DNA from: Eubacteriales bacterium
GTDB taxonomy: Bacteria > Bacillota > Clostridia > Oscillospirales > CAG-272
Assembly (NCBI GenBank): GCA_045577755.1
Contig: JAZNJA010000246.1
Coordinates: 1-57,848, forward strand
Direction: 5' to 3'
DNA: 57,848 nucleotides
The notes under the pieces were generated by a model. It was given only the letters and a program-made list of their open reading frames with translations. It made no database searches and was not told where the DNA came from. Positions 1-9,420 of the stretch are shown here, one piece after another (the stretch's first letter is position 1; every line of letters starts with the position of its first letter). A program made the position numbers and the translations under genes.

Positions 1-2
1 GC

Positions 3-175
3 ATATCGAATCCCGAAGGGATATATCGAGTGCCGCAAGGCACATATCGAGTCCCGAAGGGACATATCGACTCAGAGTTTTTGTCGATATACACCCTTCG
101 GGTGTTCGATATGCCTCCGGCATAGGCCTTCGGCTCGATATGCCGCTTTCGCGGCTCGATATGCGCCTTTGGCGC
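3..175. repeat. Inverted array of ATATCGA motifs separated by short GC-rich hairpins (REP/MITE-like; probably truncated by window start)
   Basis: ATATCGA at 3, 23, 44, 64 and its complement TCGATAT at 84, 106, 135, 156; intervening hairpins such as GTGCC-GCAA-GGCAC, GTCCC-GAA-GGGAC, ACACCC-TTC-GGGTGT, GCCGC-TTTC-GCGGC. Confidence 0.8.
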
Positions 176-227
176 AAGAACCCACCGAAAATTTGAAAAA
201 AACAACAACATAACAAAGGAGCACATC

Positions 228-863
228 ATGAACCTGCAAGGCAAGATCATCAACGTCCTGGGCGACAGCATCACCCAGGGACACGGCACCTCCGGTCCCG
301 AGCATTTCTACGTCAAGGTCCTGGGCGACCTCCTGGGCGCTTCCGAGGTCCGCAACTTCGGCATCGGCGGTACCCGCCTGGCCCGCCAGTACGGCGCGGA
401 TAACTACCCCTGGCCCTTCACCGAGCGCTACAAGGATATGCCCGACGACGCCGATCTCGTCCTGGTCTTCGGCGGCACCAACGACTATGGCCACGGCGAC
501 GCACCCTTCGGTGACTTCTCCGACCGCACCAACGACACCTATATCGGCGCCTGCCACTTCCTCTTCTCCGAGCTCATCAAGAAGTACCCCGCCGCCCGCA
601 TCGTGGTCATGACCCCCTGCCAGAGGACCGGCGGGAATAACCCCTCCGCCGCTAACGGCAGACCCCTCATTGACTACGTGGACGCCATGGCCGAGGTGGC
701 CGCCTACTACTCCCTCCCCGTGCTGGACCTCTACCGCAAGGGCGGTATCTGCCCCGACATCGAGGCCCACAGAGCCGCCTTCATGCCCGACGGCCTCCAC
801 CCCAACGACGCGGGGGCTTATCGCTTGGCTGAGACTATGGCGGAGTTTCTGAAAGCCCTGTGA
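228..863 (+). CDS. SGNH/GDSL family esterase
   Basis: Block I GDSIT, block III GGTND, block V DGLHP; RBS AAGGAG. Confidence 0.9.
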   Translation: MNLQGKIINVLGDSITQGHGTSGPEHFYVKVLGDLLGASEVRNFGIGGTRLARQYGADNYPWPFTERYKDMPDDADLVLVFGGTNDYGHGDAPFGDFSDRTNDTYIGACHFLFSELIKKYPAARIVVMTPCQRTGGNNPSAANGRPLIDYVDAMAEVAAYYSLPVLDLYRKGGICPDIEAHRAAFMPDGLHPNDAGAYRLAETMAEFLKAL

Positions 864-897
864 TCTTGACTCCAAAACGAATAAGGAAACGGATATC

Positions 898-3800
898 ATG
901 AAAAAAGTATGGATCTTGACTGTTCTGCTGCTCTGCCTTCTGCTGATGGCCTGTGGCGGAAAGAATCTGCCAAAGGAGACTCTCCCTCCCGAGACCGAGG
1001 GGGGGACGATTCCCACAGCCCCCGATACCCAGGGTACCGAAGCCACCGATACCCAGACTCCCTCCGAGTCGACTCCCGATCGTGAGGAGAGCACGGAGGA
1101 GCCGCTCCCGGGCGGGATATCTGTTCCCCCCGTCTACCCCACCCCCATGGAGATCACAGTGGGGGATACCTACGTGGACCTCTCCAAGGCTTGCATACAC
1201 CGTTACGTACTGCTCTATGCCGATAAGCTGGAGGAGGAGGGAGTCCGATTCGATGAGAACGGCATCAACGTTTTTGCCGAGATCCGTGACCTCACCGAGT
1301 TTTCCTACGGTGCCGACGAGGGCTATATCCTCACGGTCAGCCCCGAGGAAGTCAAGATCGAGACACAGACCGCGCGCGGCCTCCATTACGCGATCATGAC
1401 TCTCCTTCAGCTCATCGAGGACGGCAAATGCCCCGCCGTTACGGTAAAGGATGCCCCCCGCAATCCCCTCCGCGGTGTCATCGAGGGCTTCTACGGCACC
1501 GCCTGGACCCATGATTACCGCAAGGATCTCTTCGAGTTCATGGGCGAGAACAAAATGAACGCCTACATCTACGCCCCCAAGGATGATCCCAAGCACCGCG
1601 CCCAGTGGCGTTCTCGCTACACGGGAGCCGAGCTTGAGCGCATGACCGACCTGATTACCACCGCCAATGACAACTACGTCAAGTTTATCTACGCCATCTC
1701 CCCCGGCGGTGACATCAACCTGGGGAGCGGGTACGAGGCCGATTTCAATAAGCTCGTGGCCAAATGTGAGCAGATCTACGAGCTGGGCTGCCGCGATTTC
1801 GCCATCTTCCTGGACGATATCCCCACCCTGGACGCCGAGGGACACGCCAAGCTCTTGAGCGATTTTCAGACAAGGTTCGTGGAGACCCACGAGGGGGTGA
1901 GCGATCTCATCGCCATCACCACCGAGTACACCGATCCCTTCCTGACTTCTTATACCGATAGGATCGCCCCCCTGATCCACAAGGATATCGAGCTGATGTG
2001 GACGGGCCCCGGTGTGGTCCCCGCATCCATCACCAACGCCAGCCTGCGTAATATCATCAAGAAGTATAACCGCAACGTCCTGATCTGGTGGAACTACCCC
2101 GTCAACGACGTGCTGGTCAATAACCTCTACATGGGAGCCTGCGAGGGACTGGAGAAGAACCTCTACAATTCCATCACGGGCCTCACCGCCAACCCCATGA
2201 ACCAGGGCTACGCCTCTATGGTGCCTCTGTTCACCACCGGCGACTACCTCTGGAATCCCGAGGCCTATGACAAGGAGGCCTCTTTGAAGGCCGCCTGCGA
2301 GGTTTTGATGCCCGATGCATCCGAGGCTCTGTTGGACTTCATCTCCATGACCTGCGCCTCTCCCATGAACAAGAACACCGACAGCGGCGAGCTGAAGGCT
2401 CTGCTGGATGCCTTCAAGAAGGAGAACAACGCCGACACCCGCGCCGCACTCAAGACCTACTTTGAGGACATGGTCGAAAGCGCCGACGCCATCCTCGCCT
2501 CCGCCAACCGGCCTATGGTGAGCGAGATTCGTGAGTGGATCGAGAAGTACCGCGCCTACGGCGAGATGGGCGTGGCCTATATGGAGATGGAGGAGGCTTA
2601 CGCGGCAGGGAAGGACATGAACGCCATCCTCCCCCTGCTGGGCAGCTACAAGAAGACCGAGGCCGCCATCGCAAACAACCCCCGCCTGGTCTCGAACTAC
2701 GTCATGACCCCCTTTCTCACCACCCTCACGAGCCGCTTCGGCGTGCTTCTGGGACTGTCGGGTGAGGTCACCTTCGCCCCCGCCAAGCCCTACACCAACT
2801 GCGACCACTACGAGGACTTCAAGGCCGACTACATGACCGACGGCGACGACTCCACCTACTTCTGGACCGCCGGCACCCTCACCCAGGCCTCAGGCGGGAA
2901 GCAGGGCTACTTCGGCGTGGACCTGGGCGAGGTCATTGAAGTGAAGAATATCTACGTCGCCACGGGCGTGGGCGGCAGCGACGTGCTGATCCAGGCCGCT
3001 GTTGAGTATTCCGCCGACGGAAAGAACTGGACCGAGCTGTTTGACGGCACCTGCAAAGCCGAGACCTTCCTCACAGGCCTTTCGGTCAAGGCCCGCTACA
3101 TCCGCATGAGAGGCACCGATGCCTCCAATACCAGCTGGACCAAGGTCCGCGCCTTTGAGGTCAACACCTCCCGCACCGTCGTGGAGGACGCTCCCGCCGC
3201 CTCCTCCGGTGTCACCACCAGCCTCCCCACCTACCAGACCTACCTCCCCGCCAACATGACCGACGGCGACCCCAACACCTACTTCTGGTCGGGCCGCGAG
3301 GGCCGCGCGGGGGACTACGTCGAGCTGGACCTGGGTGCTGTCATGGCGGTCACCCGCATCGTATTCAAGTCGGGTGTCCCCGCTCATGCCGCTGACTATA
3401 TCAACAATGGCGAGCTGTGCTGGTCCGCCGACGGAAGCACCTGGACCAAGATCTGCGCCATCAATAGCCGCGATACCGTCAAGGACGTGGATATCATGGC
3501 CCGCTATATCCGCGTCAACGTCAAGGCTAACCAGACCAGTTGGATCACGGTTTCCGAGTTCTCCGCCGTCAGCGAGGACAACGTCTCCGAGAATCTGACT
3601 TTGGATGAGTATTTCGTCCCCCGCGCCGAGCTGCTCAAGCTCACCGACGGCCACTACGTCTCCTACTTCGCCCCCGACAAGGCTGAGGGCCACAAGCTGA
3701 CCGTCACCGCCACCGATAACGGCAAGGTCACCCTGATCGCCCTGGCTCTCCCCGTGAGCGGCCTGACCGTCACCGTGAAGGACGCAAGCGGTAAGGAGAT

Positions 3801-3906
3801 CAAGACCGTTGATCTTGCCTACGTCACCGAGATCGAGGCCCCCGCCGGATCGGTCATTGAGATCCCCCTCGGAAACCGTCTCATGCTGGCCGAGGTCATC
3901 TGGTAA
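898..3906 (+). CDS. Lipoprotein GH84 beta-N-acetylglucosaminidase with two C-terminal F5/8 (CBM32-like) domains
   Basis: Lipobox LMA-C19, Thr/Pro/Glu linker, GH20b-like N-domain, GVIEGFYG, YIYAPKDDP, catalytic FLDDI, WWNYPVND; two MTDGD..TYFW...DLG discoidin repeats. Confidence 0.9.
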   Translation: MKKVWILTVLLLCLLLMACGGKNLPKETLPPETEGGTIPTAPDTQGTEATDTQTPSESTPDREESTEEPLPGGISVPPVYPTPMEITVGDTYVDLSKACIHRYVLLYADKLEEEGVRFDENGINVFAEIRDLTEFSYGADEGYILTVSPEEVKIETQTARGLHYAIMTLLQLIEDGKCPAVTVKDAPRNPLRGVIEGFYGTAWTHDYRKDLFEFMGENKMNAYIYAPKDDPKHRAQWRSRYTGAELERMTDLITTANDNYVKFIYAISPGGDINLGSGYEADFNKLVAKCEQIYELGCRDFAIFLDDIPTLDAEGHAKLLSDFQTRFVETHEGVSDLIAITTEYTDPFLTSYTDRIAPLIHKDIELMWTGPGVVPASITNASLRNIIKKYNRNVLIWWNYPVNDVLVNNLYMGACEGLEKNLYNSITGLTANPMNQGYASMVPLFTTGDYLWNPEAYDKEASLKAACEVLMPDASEALLDFISMTCASPMNKNTDSGELKALLDAFKKENNADTRAALKTYFEDMVESADAILASANRPMVSEIREWIEKYRAYGEMGVAYMEMEEAYAAGKDMNAILPLLGSYKKTEAAIANNPRLVSNYVMTPFLTTLTSRFGVLLGLSGEVTFAPAKPYTNCDHYEDFKADYMTDGDDSTYFWTAGTLTQASGGKQGYFGVDLGEVIEVKNIYVATGVGGSDVLIQAAVEYSADGKNWTELFDGTCKAETFLTGLSVKARYIRMRGTDASNTSWTKVRAFEVNTSRTVVEDAPAASSGVTTSLPTYQTYLPANMTDGDPNTYFWSGREGRAGDYVELDLGAVMAVTRIVFKSGVPAHAADYINNGELCWSADGSTWTKICAINSRDTVKDVDIMARYIRVNVKANQTSWITVSEFSAVSEDNVSENLTLDEYFVPRAELLKLTDGHYVSYFAPDKAEGHKLTVTATDNGKVTLIALALPVSGLTVTVKDASGKEIKTVDLAYVTEIEAPAGSVIEIPLGNRLMLAEVIW

Positions 3907-3941
3907 GCCCCACTAATACCCACCACATAGAGGATCACACC

Positions 3942-5108
3942 ATGGAAAAGAACATCTACTGCGGAAGAGGCAACGCCGTCCCCTACGAGGAGCTGATGAG
4001 CGTGCTGAACACCTCCTTCGGCTTCTTCACCCCCGAGACCGAATTCCTCGGTCTCCTCCCCAAGCTCTACCGCGAGGAGTACCGCCCCCAGGATCAGAAC
4101 TGGGTGGTCACCGAGGACGGCGTCCTCGCCGCCGCCATCGGCGCCTACGATCACGAGATCATTGTCTGCGGCCGCCGTCTCCCCTGCCGCGGCATCGGCA
4201 ACGTGGCGGTCCACCCCGATCACCGTCACAAGGGCTACATGAAGCTGGCCATGAACCGGGCCATCGCCGATATGGTGGAGGACGGCATCGTCCTCTCCAC
4301 CCTGGGTGGCCGACGTCAGCGCTACCAGTACTTCGGCTACGATAAGGCAGGCCCCGCCTACCATTTCAGCATCTCTCGCGACAACATCCGCCACACCTAC
4401 GGGGACGCCCCCGCTCCCTTCACCGTCCGCGAGGTGACCGATCCCGCCGATCCCGTCATCAACGAGATCATCGCCCTCAGCGAAAAGGGCCGCTTTATCC
4501 CCACCCGCGACCGCGCCGTGTATCTGGATATCGCCAACACCTGGAAGGCACGCCTCCTGGCATTGTCCGACCCCGCCGAGGGTGAACGCTTCGTGGGCTA
4601 CTGCATATGTGACGGCGGCTCTCTGTCCGAGCTCCGCGTGGTCCGAGGCGAGGACTTCATGGGGCTGGTCCGCTCAGTCTTTGCTTATCTGGACAAGGGC
4701 TTCACCGTAGGCCTGCCCTCCTATGAGACAGAGCAGATCAAGGCCATCTCCCTCATCGCCGAGGGCATCGCCGTCCATCCCTCCATGATGTACCTCATCC
4801 TCAACTACGCCGCCACCATCGAGGCCTTCCTGGCTCTCAAGCTCACCTACGCTACCCTCCCCGACGGCGAGCTGACCCTCCTTATCCACGGTCATACAGG
4901 CGACGAGCGCCTCCGTATCACCGTTAAGGAAGGGAACCACACCGTGGAGACCGTCCCCGAGGACACCCCCGTGGACCTGGAGCTGGGCCATCTTGAGGCC
5001 ACCGAGCTGCTCTTCGGCTGTATCTCGGCCGACCGAGACACCGCCGCCCCCCTGCTCCGCGCCTGGTTTCCTCTGCCCCTGTGGATGTATCGGGCGGACG
5101 AGGTGTAA
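3942..5108 (+). CDS. GNAT (Eis-like) N-acetyltransferase
   Basis: IGNVAVHPDHRHKGYM acetyl-CoA motif, YQYFGY; 388 aa multi-domain length. Confidence 0.8.
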   Translation: MEKNIYCGRGNAVPYEELMSVLNTSFGFFTPETEFLGLLPKLYREEYRPQDQNWVVTEDGVLAAAIGAYDHEIIVCGRRLPCRGIGNVAVHPDHRHKGYMKLAMNRAIADMVEDGIVLSTLGGRRQRYQYFGYDKAGPAYHFSISRDNIRHTYGDAPAPFTVREVTDPADPVINEIIALSEKGRFIPTRDRAVYLDIANTWKARLLALSDPAEGERFVGYCICDGGSLSELRVVRGEDFMGLVRSVFAYLDKGFTVGLPSYETEQIKAISLIAEGIAVHPSMMYLILNYAATIEAFLALKLTYATLPDGELTLLIHGHTGDERLRITVKEGNHTVETVPEDTPVDLELGHLEATELLFGCISADRDTAAPLLRAWFPLPLWMYRADEV

Positions 5109-5113
5109 AGCAT

Positions 5114-5444
5114 TCCCATCGCAACCCAGACGATTGCATAATTAGAAAAATTGGGGTTTAACGGTCTGACGGAAAAGAGTGCCTCACTTCTCGTGATGAC
5201 TCCCCCACCCGCTTCGCGGGAGCCCCCTCGGAGAGGGAGCCTTTTGCCCAGACCCGCGGAAATTCGTTGCCCGACAAGCGATTCTTGCCCGCGCTCTTTA
5301 GGCTCCCTCCGGGAGGGAGCTCCCGCCCGCAGGCGGGTGAAGGAGAACGCGTATATAGAAATATGCAATTTGTTACGGGTAGCAAACTCCCCGACAAACC
5401 CAAATTTGAACATTTTGCAATCGCCTAAATCCCATCGCAACCCA
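5114..5444. mobile_element. MITE-like element with 15-bp flanking direct repeat, imperfect terminal IRs and an internal inverted REP-like pair
   Basis: TCCCATCGCAACCCA at 5114-5128 and 5430-5444; IR AGACGATTGCATAAT (5128-5142) / ATTTTGCAATCGCCT (5412-5426); GC-rich inverted units 5200-5241 and 5301-5345. Confidence 0.7.
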
Positions 5445-5463
5445 AAAAAGGAGTACCCCCAAA

Positions 5464-6309
5464 ATGACCGTCGGAATCATCGGCCTGGGCCTCATCGGAG
5501 CCTCTATGGCCGCTACCATTCATGAAAACACCCACGATACCGTCCTGGGACGGGATATCAACGAGAACACCATGCGGGCCGCCCTGGGACAGGGTACCGT
5601 GGACGGCACCCTCACCGACCAGAATACCCACGTCTGCGACCTGATCCTCATCGCCCTCTACCCCCGCGCCGCCCTCAAGGTCCTGGGGGAGATCGCTCCC
5701 CATATCCGCCGCGGCACCATCGTCATGGACTGCTGCGGTATCAAGCGCCCCATCTGCGCCGAGGGAAAGAAGCTCTCAGAGCAGTACGGCTTTACCTTCG
5801 TCGGCGGCCACCCCATGGCGGGCCGCGAGTGCTGGGGCTACGAATCCGCCAAGCCCGACCTCTACAAGGGCGCCTCCATGATCATAACCCCCGACCCCGA
5901 GGAGGCCAAGACCACGGTGGCCTATATCACCGACTACTTCCTCTCCCTGGGCTTCGGCCGTATCACCAAGGTCACCGCCGAGGAGCATGACGCCATCATC
6001 GCCTGCACCTCCCAGCTGGCCCACGTCCTCTCCTCCTCCTACATCCGCAGTGAGACCGCCGCAAGGCACGAGGGCCTCTCCGCCGGCTCCTTCCGGGACA
6101 TGACCCGTGTCGCCGCCCTGAACGACCGTATGTGGAGCGAGATCTTCCTGGACAACAAGGACAACCTCCTCTCCGAGATCGACGGCCTCATCGGCCACCT
6201 CCGGGACTACCGCGACGCCATCGCGAGGGACGACCTCGAGGCCATCTCCGAGATGATGCGGGATTCCACCCATAAGAGGGCGGTTTACTTCCATAATCAG
6301 ATGATCTGA
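5464..6309 (+). CDS. tyrA: Prephenate dehydrogenase
   Basis: IIGLGLIGAS Rossmann motif, FVGGHPMAG, HD..IACTSQLAH, SFRDMTRVA. Confidence 0.9.
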   Translation: MTVGIIGLGLIGASMAATIHENTHDTVLGRDINENTMRAALGQGTVDGTLTDQNTHVCDLILIALYPRAALKVLGEIAPHIRRGTIVMDCCGIKRPICAEGKKLSEQYGFTFVGGHPMAGRECWGYESAKPDLYKGASMIITPDPEEAKTTVAYITDYFLSLGFGRITKVTAEEHDAIIACTSQLAHVLSSSYIRSETAARHEGLSAGSFRDMTRVAALNDRMWSEIFLDNKDNLLSEIDGLIGHLRDYRDAIARDDLEAISEMMRDSTHKRAVYFHNQMI

Positions 6310-6427
6310 TCGAGAAAAGAGTCTCCTTTTTGGGTTGTTCGCGGTAAATCGCGTGCTAATCAAATCGCCCGCACACTTTTTCTCTTTTGTCAACCCCTTT
6401 TTCAAAAAATCTTTAACTTTTTTGCAA

Positions 6428-6463
6428 AAAAGAGCCAAGTCCTTTTCTGAACTTGGTTCTTTT
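6428..6463. terminator. Probable intrinsic terminator
   Basis: AAAAGAGCCAAGT / ACTTGGTTCTTTT stem with A/T tails downstream of tyrA. Confidence 0.55.
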
Positions 6464-6752
6464 CTTAACTGAATGACATTGCTCTGAGGAGGGGCTTTTT
6501 TTCTATGGTTCGAGGCCTGTGGGAGATCAGTCCCGACTCACCACGAGAACGGTTCGCGTGCTTCATCCTCACTTCACGGCGGTTTTAAACATAATTCAAA
6601 CAGCTTTGGTATACTCTATACAAAAAGAGGCGTTTGCGGCGGGATCAGACAGAGAGCGCGTGCCTTCACGACCAAAGGGCACGTCGCGTGTCGGGCATAG
6701 ATCCAGAGGTTTCCCAGTCAGCCGTCCCTGCCAAATAAGAAAGGAACCCATC

Positions 6753-7931
6753 ATGCCGAATCTCATGGATTATCTGGAGTGGCGGGAAGATCTGACCTTC
6801 TCCGAGGCCCCGCTCAACGAGGTGGACAATCTCCTGTTTTGCCTCCTATCCTACGTGGACCTGGACGGCATCGTGCCGAGCCATCAAAAGGGAAGGATCA
6901 CGGTGCGAGAGGCCGCCGCCGAGTATTTCTTCACCCACCCTCATACCGAAAAACACCCCCTGGGGCTGATCATCCCCGCCCATATCCTCACCCTCTTCCG
7001 CCGCATGGCGTTGGCCCCTCGCTTTCGGGATCTGGAGCTGACGGGGTTTGTCAACGAGGTCAGCGAGGCGAGGGAAACGCAATTCGCGGCGGTAACCGTC
7101 AGACTCCCCGCGGAGGGTTTGTTCGTGGCCTTCCGCGGTACCGACGACACCGTGGTGGGCTGGAAGGAGGATTTCAAGTTATCCTATATGGATCAGGTAC
7201 CCGCCCAGACGAATGCCGCCGCCTACCTCAACCGCCTGGACATGACCCCCGATACCCTTCTCTACGTGGGAGGACACTCCAAAGGGGGGAACCTGGCGGT
7301 CTGGGGAGCCGTGCACGCCGAGGAGCGGGTACGGGAGCGGATCGTACAGGTCTATTCCAACGACGGCCCGGGGTTTTCGGAGGGAACCGTCACCTCCGAG
7401 GCCTACAGGAGTCTCGCCCCCCGTATTCGGATACTCTTTCCCGAGGATTCCCTGGTGGGGCTTCTTCTGGAGCATGACAGCCGCTATACCGTGGTCAGAA
7501 GCAGCCGCCGCGGCCTCCTCCAGCACGACGGCCTTACCTGGGAGGTCATGGGCAGTCGTTTCCTCCGCGCTGAGGGCCTGTCTCGGACGGGGGTGCACAA
7601 TGACACCGTGGTGCGGGAGCGCATCGATCATATGACCCCCGACGAGCGGCGGGAATTCATCTCCTTGATGTTCTCCCTGCTGGAATCCACAGGAGCCAAG
7701 ACCCTGACCGAGCTGCACGAGGAACGCTTCAAGGCCGCCATCCACGTGCTGAAGGCCTTCCGCGAGCTTCCCAAGGAGCGCCAGGAGACTGCCGCCTATC
7801 TCTGGGATAAGCTCTTTGGCTCCGGGCTCGATTCCACGACGGCCCGCCGCAAGTCCACCGCAGCCCGCCAGCCGACGAAGAGTCCCCGCGGAGAGGTACG
7901 GGTAGAGCTTTTTCCCCGTCTCCGTCCCTGA
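6753..7931 (+). CDS. DUF2974 (Mbeg1-like) alpha/beta hydrolase/lipase
   Basis: Start reassigned to ATG 6753 (RBS AAGGA; MPNLMDYLEWR); VAFRGTDDT, GHSKGG nucleophile, DGPGF. Confidence 0.85.
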   Translation: MPNLMDYLEWREDLTFSEAPLNEVDNLLFCLLSYVDLDGIVPSHQKGRITVREAAAEYFFTHPHTEKHPLGLIIPAHILTLFRRMALAPRFRDLELTGFVNEVSEARETQFAAVTVRLPAEGLFVAFRGTDDTVVGWKEDFKLSYMDQVPAQTNAAAYLNRLDMTPDTLLYVGGHSKGGNLAVWGAVHAEERVRERIVQVYSNDGPGFSEGTVTSEAYRSLAPRIRILFPEDSLVGLLLEHDSRYTVVRSSRRGLLQHDGLTWEVMGSRFLRAEGLSRTGVHNDTVVRERIDHMTPDERREFISLMFSLLESTGAKTLTELHEERFKAAIHVLKAFRELPKERQETAAYLWDKLFGSGLDSTTARRKSTAARQPTKSPRGEVRVELFPRLRP

Positions 7932-8010
7932 CGCCCCGCCGCCCTCCTCAAAGTGAGCGCTACCGGGAGATCCCGTTTCCGCCCCGCGTATCCTGTCTGC
8001 CCATTGCCAC

Positions 8011-8039
8011 TTGACGGAATCAAGGATTTGTGGTATCAT
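8011..8039 (+). promoter_or_regulatory. sigma-A type promoter
   Basis: TTGACG-17-TATCAT with extended TG. Confidence 0.6.
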
Positions 8040-8071
8040 AATGGTAAGAACGACAGAGCAAGGGTAGGAAT

Positions 8072-8812
8072 ATGAAAGTAAAGCTCAACGCGAACCAACT
8101 GAAGCTGATCGCCATCGCGGCCATGACGGTAGACCATATCGCAGATCTTCTGTTCCCGGGATTCCCGACCCACCCCGCGGCGATCCTTATGCACGTGCTG
8201 GGACGGCTTACCGCTCCCATCATGTGGTTTTTCGTCTGCGAAGGCTTCCACTATACCCGCAACAGGATGAGGTATGCCCTGAGAATGCTGGTTTTCGCCC
8301 TCCTCTCTCATTTTGCCTACTGCTTTGCCTTCGGTATCGGATACGTGCCTCTGGAGGACGGGCTGTTCAATCAGACGAGCGTCATGTGGCCTCTCTTTCT
8401 GTCGGTCCTTGCCCTCGGGGTCGTGAACGGGCTGTCCCCCATCCGCCCGTGGCAGAAATACGCCTTGCTCATAGTCCTGTGTGTTCTGGCCTTTCCCGCC
8501 GACTGGAGCAGTATCGCGGTGATGGCGGTGGTGTTCATGTACAGCTATCGGGGAAACCCCGAAAAGCAGACGCTCAGCATGGCCTTTTGGGTGCTGATCT
8601 ACGCCGCCGTGTCCTTTTTCTGTGTCAGTCGGGTCTATGCCGTCGTCCAGGCGGGGGTCCTTTTGGTCTATCCCCTCTTCAAGACCTATAACGGCCAAAA
8701 GGGAAAGGGCGGCTTCATGAAATGGTTCTTCTACCTCTACTACCCTTTGCACCTGGTGGTGATCGGTCTTCTGCGTCTCCTGCTCTACGGGGATATCCCC
8801 CTCCTGTTCTGA
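8072..8812 (+). CDS. TraX family membrane protein
   Basis: LKLIAIAAMTVDH, GRLTAPI..FFVCEGFHYTRN, YNGQKG, FYLYYPLHL. Confidence 0.85.
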   Translation: MKVKLNANQLKLIAIAAMTVDHIADLLFPGFPTHPAAILMHVLGRLTAPIMWFFVCEGFHYTRNRMRYALRMLVFALLSHFAYCFAFGIGYVPLEDGLFNQTSVMWPLFLSVLALGVVNGLSPIRPWQKYALLIVLCVLAFPADWSSIAVMAVVFMYSYRGNPEKQTLSMAFWVLIYAAVSFFCVSRVYAVVQAGVLLVYPLFKTYNGQKGKGGFMKWFFYLYYPLHLVVIGLLRLLLYGDIPLLF

Positions 8813-8872
8813 GGTTTTGTCAGGCGGGACCCGCTCCTTCGGAGAACTTTTTGATATTTTTTCAAAACCCAC

Positions 8873-8901
8873 TTGACAATTCTCCAAAACCGTACTATAA
8901 T
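8873..8901 (+). promoter_or_regulatory. Consensus sigma-A promoter of the leuS leader
   Basis: TTGACA-17-TATAAT. Confidence 0.8.
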
Positions 8902-8929
8902 ATATCTGTTGTGCGAAAAGCACCCCAAA

Positions 8930-9164
8930 AACGCGTTGACGGGGAATCTCCCCGCTATGTTCGTGCAGAGAGCCGCCGTATGGTGCGAGGCGGTCGGACA
9001 GGCGATGAGTCTCACCCCCGAGCGGCGGATCTGACAGGGAAGCACCCCAAGGACCCGACGGCACCCCACCGTTACAGGGCATGAGCGGGCATGGTCTATT
9101 CATGCCAAGCAGAGTGGTACCGCGGAAATCATCCGTCTCTGTATGATGCAGGGACGGCTTTTTG
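8930..9164 (+). promoter_or_regulatory. T-box riboswitch (Leu specifier CUC)
   Basis: AGAGA box, GGTGCGA loop, CTC at 9011-9013, T-box AGAGTGGTACCGCG, terminator CCGTCTCTG..CAGGGACGG-CTTTTT; upstream of leuS. Confidence 0.92.
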
Positions 9165-9167
9165 TTA

Positions 9168-9372
9168 TGAATTCGTAATTGATAATTCGTAATTCGTAAT
9201 GAAGGAAGCCTTTCGCTTGCGCGAAAGCCAATATTGGTATGAGAGGCAGGCTAACCACGAGAAAGATCTCTGCCTCCTGAAAGATGCTTGTTGGACCACT
9301 TCGCTGTCCTCACATTTGGTGTGAAGACGACTCTCAACAATTACGAATTACGAATTACGAATTACGAATTCA
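9168..9372. repeat. Element bounded by inverted heptamer tandem repeats (AATTCGT)n / (ACGAATT)n with internal hairpins
   Basis: TGAATTCGTAATTGATAATTCGTAATTCGTAAT at left, AATTACGAATTACGAATTACGAATTACGAATTCA at right. Confidence 0.8.
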
Positions 9373-9420
9373 ACGCATCCACATTATTCTACGTAAATCA
9401 TAACCTGAAAGGATACAACC

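Noticed and set aside
3-175. Possible CRISPR array
   Set aside because: Repeat is only 7 nt, spacers are palindromic and the orientation inverts
835-2808. 657-aa minus-strand ORF
   Set aside because: Antisense shadow of the GH84 gene caused by GC-rich codon bias; no motifs
5151-5525. Small ORFs in the GNAT-tyrA gap
   Set aside because: Arise from GC-rich palindromes of the MITE-like element
8072-8812. TraX as evidence of a conjugative element
   Set aside because: Stand-alone TraX-family genes are common and no other tra genes are adjacent
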